Shown here piece after piece: positions 1 to 6,545 of a stretch of DNA of 24,453 nt. Every line of letters starts with the position of its first letter. Position 1 is the stretch's first letter. Where the stretch lies: assembly GCA_041742355.1 (NCBI GenBank), contig JBGSIV010000003.1:1-24453 (forward strand), written 5' to 3'. The stretch is from Candidatus Zixiibacteriota bacterium (GTDB lineage: Bacteria; Zixibacteria; MSB-5A5; GN15; FEB-12). Made by a program: the position numbers and the translations under genes. The notes below the pieces were generated by a model. It searched no databases. It saw nothing but the letters and a program-made list of their open reading frames with translations, and was not told where the DNA came from.

Positions 1-36
1 GCCCAGGAAGGAGATGATTCAATGCCCGGGATTTTG

Positions 37-355
37 CAAAACGAACCCAACGGTCGGTCGGTGTTCCGAGGGGCGCAAGCCCCGAGAAACCCGACATCCC
101 GGCCAACCCGAAATTGCGCAAACGAACCCAATTCCCCCTTCTGTCACCCCGGGCTTGGCCCGGGGCCCAGTCAAGCCCAGGACATCGGTATGCTGAAATT
201 AACCAAAACGAACCCAATGGTAGGTCGGTGTTCCGAGGGGCGTCAGCCCCGAGAAACCCGACATCCCGGCCAACCCCGAAATTGCTCAAACGAACCCAAT
301 TGCCCCCCTTCCGCAGGGTCTAGCGCGACCCCGAGCGGCGCCAAAACCAACCCAA
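37..355 (+). repeat. Array of five CAAA(A)CGAACCCAA motifs separated by hairpin-containing spacers, including a ~105-bp direct repeat (37-141 vs 204-311)
   Basis: Motif at 37-50, 119-131, 204-217, 287-299 and 342-355 (last copy CAAAACCAACCCAA). Hairpins at 57-95 and its copy near 224-262, at 147-165 (CCCCGGGC-TTG-GCCCGGGG) and at 316-331. GCCCAGGA at 1-8 and 175-182 suggests the array continues left of the window. Confidence 0.85.
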
Positions 356-418
356 TACGCCATCGCCCGCGGCTCTCCACCCCGGGCGACAACACATAAC
401 CTATAGCACAGCAATAAC

Positions 419-1186
419 TTACGGAATCTCCCGCTCCGGCGGCCCATCATAGGTCGACGGTGGCGGGCCGAGCCTCCGCATCGGCTTCTCCCGCGTCATC
501 TCCTCGTACGCATGCGCCAGCAACCCCGGCACCCGCGAGATGATGAAGAACCCCTTCCCCAGCCGCCAGTCAAATCCCATATCCGAGATCACCGCCGCAA
601 TCGCCCCATCCACATTGATCGGCAGCGCCTTCCCCGTCTTCTCGTGCAGGGCCTGCTCGACCGCCTTGCACAGGTCGATATGCCGCCCCTTGTAGCCGTG
701 ACGTTCCGCGATCTCAAAGAGCTTCCCCGTCCTGGGGTCGACATTGTGCAGCCGATGTCCGAATCCCGGCATCCGCTTCTTGCTCGTCCCGAGCCAGTCG
801 ACCAGCTCGGCCGCCAGCGCCTCGACCGCTCCCGGCTTCTTCGCCCACTCCTGCAGGATCTTCGCCGACTGCTCGATCGCCCCGCCGTGTGTATCCCCGA
901 TCACCAGCACCCCGCCGGCGATCGCCGCATTGAGCGAGTTCCCCCCCGACACGACTGTCCGCGTCCCCAGCACCGACGGCGGCGACGCGCCGTGATCGAC
1001 GGAGGACACCAGGATGGCATTCATCAGCGCCGCCTCCGCCTTGGTCGGGAGTTCCCCTTTGAGAATCAGGTACACCGTCTCGGCGTACGACAGCTTCTCC
1101 ATGATATCCGTGATCCCATATCCCCGCACCCGTATTTTCCCCGGCCCGATATCCGTGATCGCCGTGTTCCAGGTCTCCTCAGCCAT
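419..1186 (-). CDS. Citryl-CoA lyase family protein (citrate synthase-like small protein)
   Basis: 255 aa with citrate-synthase-fold motifs WNTAIT, IRVRGY, VDHG..PPS, HGGA, PGFGHR, DPR, NVDG and SRVPGLLAH. Upstream RBS GGAGAGG on the minus strand. Confidence 0.88.
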   Translation of the reverse strand: MAEETWNTAITDIGPGKIRVRGYGITDIMEKLSYAETVYLILKGELPTKAEAALMNAILVSSVDHGASPPSVLGTRTVVSGGNSLNAAIAGGVLVIGDTHGGAIEQSAKILQEWAKKPGAVEALAAELVDWLGTSKKRMPGFGHRLHNVDPRTGKLFEIAERHGYKGRHIDLCKAVEQALHEKTGKALPINVDGAIAAVISDMGFDWRLGKGFFIISRVPGLLAHAYEEMTREKPMRRLGPPPSTYDGPPEREIP

Positions 1187-1225
1187 CTCAACCTCTCCTA
1201 TCTACCGTCTGCGCCTGATTGCATC

Positions 1226-1458
1226 GTGGTGTCAGGCGCCCCCGCCTGACACGTTCCAATTCCTCCGGTGGCCCACCATTCATGGTGGGTGTCTCTGTGC
1301 CATGGACCACTCTGTGTGTCCGAGCGTGCTGTGCGCGGCACATGTCCACATGTGCCGCGCAGGGGCGGGGCTTATCTCCGCCCTCCGCGTGGTGTCAGGT
1401 GTCCCCACCCGACACATTCCCTGCCTGTGGTGTCAGGCGCCCCCGCCTGACACATTCC
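1226..1458. repeat. Cluster of REP-like palindromes (BIME-like mosaic)
   Basis: GTGGTGTCAGGCG-CCCC-CGCCTGACAC at 1226-1252 and 1427-1453, with a variant at 1389-1415. CCCACCA-TTCA-TGGTGGG at 1272-1289. Perfect 14-bp inverted repeat TGCGCGGCACATGT/ACATGTGCCGCGCA at 1332-1361. GGGCGGGG-CTTAT-CTCCGCCC at 1363-1383. Confidence 0.85.
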
Positions 1459-1474
1459 TTATCTAGCCCACGAA

Positions 1475-2323
1475 CTACAAACTATCCGCTTCACTTTCCG
1501 GGCTCACCACCTGGCGCGTCAGCCCCAGCCACTGCGTCTCAAGGCTATCCACCGGCACTCCGAAAACCCCCTGTACCGCCGTCTCAAACGGCTCCACCGA
1601 CGTATAGAGCATCCGGAGCGTCTCAATCCCCCGGGTGAAGACGACAAAGTCGACGAACGACGCAGCTTCAGCCGCCCGGTCCGGGTCGGTGTCGATGGTG
1701 AAGGCGGTGTCAATCCCGAGCTCCCGCAGTGGCACAAACTTGTCTGTCTGGATAAGCCCCACCGTCCACTCGTGGTAGTTTTTCCCCGAGAAATCGAGCA
1801 GCTTCATCACCCCGTGCTTGAGAAACTTGTGCTTCGGCTCCCCCGGCACCCAGCGCTGGAGCATGTATCCTGCGGCCAGCGGCCCGTATGAGCCCGGCAA
1901 CCAGAGGTGGATTACGCTGTCGACGTGCGGGTAGATCGTCCCGGTCACCGAATTCCCGTGTCCCACACCGGTATAGAAGTACACCGGCACCGGCGCGGCG
2001 TCCTGCGGCACCGGGATCCCGAAGAACTGGGCATCCCGCCGAAGCAGCGCTTCCAGGTTCTTGACCATGTCATAGACATAATCCGCCCGCGGATGATCCG
2101 GCGGGTAGTGCACCCGAATGTTGCGGAAGGTGTAGGTCGTCCAACCCTTATAGGGCTCTTTCGGCCGCTCCACGGTCATCGCCGTGTCCCGGCCCCCGAT
2201 CCGGACGCCCGCCTCGCCGGAGGGTTGCTCGGGCTTTTCGTCCTTGGAGCACGCGGCCGAAAAAACGACCGCGAAGGCCAACAAACTTACCAGCGCCCGG
2301 CCAAAGAAGTGCATAATTCTCAT
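1475..2323 (-). CDS. Lipoprotein with a peptidase MA (gluzincin)-like fold, metal ligands apparently lost
   Basis: Hydrophobic signal ending in FSAA-C lipobox. The C-terminal half (AEAASFVDFVV..RGIETLRMLY...FETAVQGVFGVPVDSLETQW) follows the peptidase-MA-like pattern, but there is no HExxH. Good promoter upstream. Confidence 0.7.
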   Translation of the reverse strand: MRIMHFFGRALVSLLAFAVVFSAACSKDEKPEQPSGEAGVRIGGRDTAMTVERPKEPYKGWTTYTFRNIRVHYPPDHPRADYVYDMVKNLEALLRRDAQFFGIPVPQDAAPVPVYFYTGVGHGNSVTGTIYPHVDSVIHLWLPGSYGPLAAGYMLQRWVPGEPKHKFLKHGVMKLLDFSGKNYHEWTVGLIQTDKFVPLRELGIDTAFTIDTDPDRAAEAASFVDFVVFTRGIETLRMLYTSVEPFETAVQGVFGVPVDSLETQWLGLTRQVVSPESEADSL

Positions 2324-2380
2324 CCAGTAGGTAAGCTACCCCGGGGCAGCCAAATGGGACCTAAATGTTTATGGTGGGCT

Positions 2381-2409
2381 AATATATTCCCGACAGAAAC
2401 GAGTGTCAA
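2381..2409 (-). promoter_or_regulatory. sigma70-type promoter for the lipoprotein gene
   Basis: Minus strand TTGACA (2409-2404), 17-nt spacer, TATATT (2386-2381), about 50 nt before the 2323 start. Confidence 0.75.
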
Positions 2410-2443
2410 ACCCTATTCCAAGTTATTGTTTTCACAAATCGAC

Positions 2444-2474
2444 TTGACTTGGCCGGGGTCAATGACGATATTTT
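2444..2474 (+). promoter_or_regulatory. Possible promoter/operator of the redox operon
   Basis: TTGACT at 2444-2449 with a weak -10 (GATATT at 17 nt or TATTTT at 19 nt). It overlaps the palindrome TTGAC-N9-GTCAA (2444-2462). Confidence 0.35.
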
Positions 2475-2584
2475 CCTAAAGATAGACACACATGGCGTTT
2501 TAAGGTCGATAAAGTGGGGATTTACCGGGCGCACCCCGCCGTCGGCCGGCCAGGAAAACCACCTGAAGGTACACCGCGGTGCTG

Positions 2585-3325
2585 ATGGCCAGTCCGACAC
2601 AGAAATTCCAGTCGCCGACGTTTGCCAAACGCATCCTCACTATTGTCGGCGGATACGGCAGCGGCAAATCCGAGGTATCGGTCAATCTGGCCCGCTACCT
2701 GGCCCGGACCTCCGGCCGCCCGGTTGCGATCGCCGACCTTGACATCGTCAACCCGTACTTCCGTTCCCGCGAAGCGACCGGCCGCCTCATCGCCCTCGGC
2801 ATCAAGCCGATCCATCCCACCGACAGCCACACCTTTGCCGACCTGCCGATCATCCTGCCCGGCGTCCGCGGCGCCCTGGAGCAGTTCGACGGCACCCTGA
2901 TTCTGGATGTCGGCGGCGACGATGTCGGCGCCCGCGTTCTGGGCTCGCTCCATGACGCTTTCCCGGCCGATGACCACGAACTCCTGCTCGTGCTCAACGC
3001 CAACCGGCCGTTCACCGCGAACGTGCCCGCCTGCAAATCGCTCATGGCCAAGATCGAGTCGGCCGCCGGACTCCGTTTCACCGGGATCATCTCCAACACC
3101 CACCTGCTGGAGCACACCACCCCGGAAACGGTGCTCGACGGCCTGCGCCTCGCCCGAGCGCTCTCAGGCGATACCGGCCTGCCGATCGTCTTTATCGCCG
3201 CTCTGGAAGAACAACTGTCGCATATAAGTAGTAAGGATATAGATGTCCCGGTGCTCACCCTGAGCCGCCTGCTCCTCAAACCCTGGGAACGCCCCAACGA
3301 CAGCCCCGGCTCAGTCGCACCGTAA
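2585..3325 (+). CDS. P-loop NTPase (MinD/ParA/CobQ-like) of the family found upstream of vor operons
   Basis: Walker A GGYGSGKSE and motifs DLDIVNPYFRSRE, DVGGDDVGARVLG and NANRPFT. ATG at 2585 chosen over GTG at 2579. Confidence 0.82.
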   Translation: MASPTQKFQSPTFAKRILTIVGGYGSGKSEVSVNLARYLARTSGRPVAIADLDIVNPYFRSREATGRLIALGIKPIHPTDSHTFADLPIILPGVRGALEQFDGTLILDVGGDDVGARVLGSLHDAFPADDHELLLVLNANRPFTANVPACKSLMAKIESAAGLRFTGIISNTHLLEHTTPETVLDGLRLARALSGDTGLPIVFIAALEEQLSHISSKDIDVPVLTLSRLLLKPWERPNDSPGSVAP

Positions 3326-3338
3326 AAGGATACCGTGT

Positions 3339-3572
3339 ATGCCAGGAATACGCATAGATAAGAACCACTGCAAAGGGTGCGCCCTGTGCGTGCATGCCTG
3401 CCCCCAGAAGATCATCTCGATGTCGGATGACATCACTGTCCGGGGGTACTTCTACGCACGCCTCCACGATCCCTCGCGCTGCATCGGCTGCCGGCTCTGC
3501 GCCATTACGTGCCCGGATGCCGCTATTGCCGTGCTCGCCCACGGAACCACCTTCGCACTCGTTGACTACTAA
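3339..3572 (+). CDS. 2x[4Fe-4S] ferredoxin, delta subunit of 2-oxoacid:ferredoxin oxidoreductase
   Basis: CKGCALCVHACP and CIGCRLCAITCP motifs, AAGGA RBS, directly upstream of the alpha subunit. Confidence 0.92.
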   Translation: MPGIRIDKNHCKGCALCVHACPQKIISMSDDITVRGYFYARLHDPSRCIGCRLCAITCPDAAIAVLAHGTTFALVDY

Positions 3573-3593
3573 GCGATCGGAGCAGGATACGTC

Positions 3594-4733
3594 ATGGCAA
3601 AGATACTGATGAAAGGTAACGAAGCGATCGCCGAGGCCGCGATCCGCGCCGGCGCCGAAGGCTACTTCTGCTACCCGATCACGCCGCAGTCGGAAGTGGC
3701 CGAGTACATGGCCAAGCGGATGCCCGAAGTGGGCGGCGTTTTCCTCCAGGGCGAAAGCGAAGTGGCCGTCGGCTACATGATTTTCGGCGCCGCCTCGACC
3801 GGCAAACGCGTCTTTACGACCTCGTCGTCGCCGGGCATCTCGCTCATGCAGGAGGCTATCTCCTACATGGCCGGCGCCCACCTCCCCGCCGTCATCGTCA
3901 ACATCATGCGCGGCGGCCCCGGCCTCGGCGGCATTCTCCCCGCCCAGTCCGACTACTTCCAGTCCGTCAAAGGCGGCGGCCACGGCGACTACCGCGTCCT
4001 CGTCCTCGCCCCTTCGTCGGTGCAGGAAGCGGTCGACCTCATGATGCTCGCTTTCCACCTCGCCGACAAGTACCGCGCCCCTGTCATGCTCATCGGCGAC
4101 GGCATGATCGGCCAGATGATGGAGCCGGTCGAATTCCCCGAGAAATACGAGGAAGAGCCTCTGCCCGACAAGACGGAATGGGCCGCCACCGGCTCCAAAG
4201 ACCGCAAGCCGCGGATTCTCAAATCCCTCTTCCTCGATCCCGAGAAGCTCGAGAAGAACTCCTGGGAGCTCGACGACATGTACAAGGTCTGGCGCCGCGA
4301 TGAAGTCCGCCACGAGCTTTACAAAGTCAACGACAAGAACCGGATCCTGATAGTCTCCTACGGCACGATGGCCCGCATCTGCCAGACCGTGATCGACGAA
4401 CTCGAAGCCGAGGGGATCTCGGTCGGCCTCCTGCGGCCTATCTCGCTGTACCCGTTCCCGACCGAGCAGATTCACGCCGAGGCGACCAAAAAGAACATCG
4501 AGCAGGTGCTCACGGTCGAGATGTCGACCGCCCAAATGCTCGAAGATGTGCAGCTCGCCATTCTTGGCAAGAAGCCGATCGACTTCTTCGGCCGCACCGG
4601 CGGCATCGTCCCGGCCCCCGAGGAAGTGCGGGCCAAGATCATGACCATGCTCGGCTGCTCCGAACCCAAAGCCGCGCCGGCTGCCGGCCGCACGGCCGCC
4701 GCCAAAAAAGCGACGGCCCGCAAGAAGAGGTGA
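3594..4733 (+). CDS. vorB: 2-oxoacid:ferredoxin oxidoreductase alpha subunit (VorB-type, 3-methyl-2-oxobutanoate dehydrogenase family)
   Basis: MKGNEAIAEAA, YPITPQSE, QGESEVA, TSSSPGISLMQE, RGGPGLG, QSDYFQSVKGGGHGDY and VEMS..QM motifs typical of VorB. Confidence 0.92.
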   Translation: MAKILMKGNEAIAEAAIRAGAEGYFCYPITPQSEVAEYMAKRMPEVGGVFLQGESEVAVGYMIFGAASTGKRVFTTSSSPGISLMQEAISYMAGAHLPAVIVNIMRGGPGLGGILPAQSDYFQSVKGGGHGDYRVLVLAPSSVQEAVDLMMLAFHLADKYRAPVMLIGDGMIGQMMEPVEFPEKYEEEPLPDKTEWAATGSKDRKPRILKSLFLDPEKLEKNSWELDDMYKVWRRDEVRHELYKVNDKNRILIVSYGTMARICQTVIDELEAEGISVGLLRPISLYPFPTEQIHAEATKKNIEQVLTVEMSTAQMLEDVQLAILGKKPIDFFGRTGGIVPAPEEVRAKIMTMLGCSEPKAAPAAGRTAAAKKATARKKR

Positions 4734-4740
4734 GGATCTC

Positions 4741-5508
4741 ATGGCTAATGCGATAACATCGATATTCGAACGCCCCGTTGCGCTCCAGGAGACCGTAACC
4801 CACTACTGCCCCGGCTGCACCCACGGCATCATCCACCGCCTCGTCGCCGAATCAATCGACGAACTGGGCGTGCGGGAACGCACGGTCGGCGTCGCTCCGG
4901 TCGGCTGTTCGGTCCTGGCCTACAACTACTTCAACTGCGACTTCCTCGAGGCCGCCCACGGCCGCGCCCCCGCGCTGGCCACCGGCTTCAAGCGCCTCCG
5001 CCCCGACATGATTGTCTTCACGTACCAGGGGGACGGCGACCTCGCATCAATCGGCATGGCTGAGATCATCCACGCCGCCAACCGGGGCGAGAAGTTCACG
5101 ACCATCTTTGTCAACAACGCCATTTACGGCATGACGGGCGGCCAGATGGCCCCGACCACTTTGCCGGGGCAGGTGAGCACCACGTCGCCGCACGGGCGCG
5201 ATGTGGCCACAGCCGGTTACCCGATCCGGGTATCCGAACTGCTGTCGACACTGGCGACCCCGCTCTATATCGAGCGCGTCGCTGTGCACACCCCGCGCCA
5301 CGTCATCCGGGCCAAACAGGCCATACGACGGGCCTTCGAGTACCAGGTCAAGGGCCTGTGCTTCTCCCTGGTCGAAGTCCTCTCCACCTGCCCCACCAAC
5401 TGGGGGAAAACGCCCGATGATTCCATCCACTGGCTGGAGGACAACATGGTGCCGTTCTACCCGCTCAAGCGGTTCCGCACGCCGGAGACAGCCGGGGAGG
5501 TGCGGTGA
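4741..5508 (+). CDS. 2-oxoacid:ferredoxin oxidoreductase beta subunit (TPP-binding)
   Basis: HYCPGCTHG, PVGCS, AAHGRA, TPP motif QGDGDLASIG...NNAIYGMTGGQ and STCPTNW. Confidence 0.93.
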   Translation: MANAITSIFERPVALQETVTHYCPGCTHGIIHRLVAESIDELGVRERTVGVAPVGCSVLAYNYFNCDFLEAAHGRAPALATGFKRLRPDMIVFTYQGDGDLASIGMAEIIHAANRGEKFTTIFVNNAIYGMTGGQMAPTTLPGQVSTTSPHGRDVATAGYPIRVSELLSTLATPLYIERVAVHTPRHVIRAKQAIRRAFEYQVKGLCFSLVEVLSTCPTNWGKTPDDSIHWLEDNMVPFYPLKRFRTPETAGEVR

Positions 5509-6071
5509 TGCACCAGTATGAAGTCATGTTCGCGGGCTTCGGCGGCCAGGGTATCATGACCGCCGGCCAGTTGCTCGCGTACACCGGCATCAAAGAGGGC
5601 AAACACGTCGCGTGGATCCCCTCCTACGGGCCCGAAATGCGCGGCGGCACCGCCTACTGCACTGTGGTCGTCTCCGATCTGCGTATCGGCAGTCCTATCG
5701 TGACTAACCCGCGGTGCGTGTGCGCCTTCAACCGCCCCTCATTCGACAAATTCGAACCGAAGATCAAACCGGGCGGCCTGCTGGTAGTGAACAGCTCCCT
5801 CATCGATGTCTCCAGCACCCGCTCCGATGTCTCTCAGCTGTATGTCCCCGCCAACGAAATGGCCATCATGGCCGGCTCCCCGAAATCGACCAACATTATC
5901 GTTCTCGGAGCTTTCGTCGGCGCCAGCGGCGTCGTATCAATCGAGACGCTCCGCAAGGTCGTCAAGGAGAAGCTTGCCTCGAAAGCCAGCCTCCTCGATA
6001 TCAACCTGCGCCTCCTCGACGAGGGCTACAAGCTGTCCCAGGGCATGATCCGCCAGAAGGATACCGTATGA
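5508..6071 (+). CDS. 2-oxoacid:ferredoxin oxidoreductase gamma subunit
   Basis: AGFGGQG, PSYGPEMRGGTA and N..LGA motifs. ATG overlaps the upstream TGA (TGATG) and follows a GGAGG RBS. Confidence 0.93.
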   Translation: MHQYEVMFAGFGGQGIMTAGQLLAYTGIKEGKHVAWIPSYGPEMRGGTAYCTVVVSDLRIGSPIVTNPRCVCAFNRPSFDKFEPKIKPGGLLVVNSSLIDVSSTRSDVSQLYVPANEMAIMAGSPKSTNIIVLGAFVGASGVVSIETLRKVVKEKLASKASLLDINLRLLDEGYKLSQGMIRQKDTV

Positions 6072-6541
6072 AACACGACCTCACGAAAATCCCCGAAATC
6101 ATCGGACGGTATCCTCAGGAGCCGGGGTCGCTGATCGCCGTGCTGCAGGATATCCAGAAGGAGTTCAACTTTCTCCCGTGCGAGGCGCTGACCGCGACGG
6201 CCGAGGCGCTCGATGTCCCGCTGTCTAAAGTCTTCTCCGTGTCGACTTTCTACAACGCCTTCTGCCTTTCCCCGCGCGGCGAGAAAATTATCCGCGTCTG
6301 CATGGGCACCACCTGCCACATCCGCGGCGCCAAACAGCTCCTCGAACAGCTCGAGACGCGCCTCAATATCAAGGCGGGGCAGACTACCAAGGACATGCAG
6401 TTCACGATTGAAGTCGTCAACTGTGTCGGCGCCTGCGCGCTGGCCCCGGTCGTGATCATCAACGAGGAATACCACGGCAACTGCAAGGTCTCCGACGCCA
6501 AACGCTTCACCCGCCGCAAACACGAGAAAGAGGAGGCCTGA
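6068..6541 (+). CDS. NuoE/HydC-like [2Fe-2S] subunit (BfuC-type)
   Basis: LIAVLQDIQ, VSTFY, C-x4-C (CMGTTC) and C-x3-C (CVGAC..AP). True start is ATG 6068, overlapping the gamma-subunit stop (ATGA); the ORF-track start at 5714 is an over-extension. Confidence 0.92.
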   Translation: MKHDLTKIPEIIGRYPQEPGSLIAVLQDIQKEFNFLPCEALTATAEALDVPLSKVFSVSTFYNAFCLSPRGEKIIRVCMGTTCHIRGAKQLLEQLETRLNIKAGQTTKDMQFTIEVVNCVGACALAPVVIINEEYHGNCKVSDAKRFTRRKHEKEEA

Positions 6542-6545
6542 CGCC

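Noticed and set aside
37..355. CRISPR array
   Set aside because: The repeat is only 13-14 nt, spacers are long and structured, one is duplicated, and no cas genes are present.
22..399. Protein-coding ORFs over the left repeat array (14-196, 22-399, 114-323)
   Set aside because: Repeat copies are read in different frames and the products are low-complexity. Frame 1 is open from the window edge, so the tail of an upstream gene cannot be excluded, but it is not supportable here.
2420..2437. Rex operator upstream of the redox operon
   Set aside because: Only the right half (TTCACAA) matches TTGTGAA-N4-TTCACAA; the left half matches 3 of 7.
3276..4742. 488-aa minus-strand ORF
   Set aside because: Antisense shadow of vorB and the delta subunit, typical of GC-rich codon bias; no recognisable motifs.
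5714..6067. N-terminal extensions given by the ORF track (5714, also 8198, 9118 and 19486 starts)
   Set aside because: They overlap upstream genes out of frame. Homology and RBS/stop-start overlaps place the starts at 6068, 8405, 9187 and 19939.
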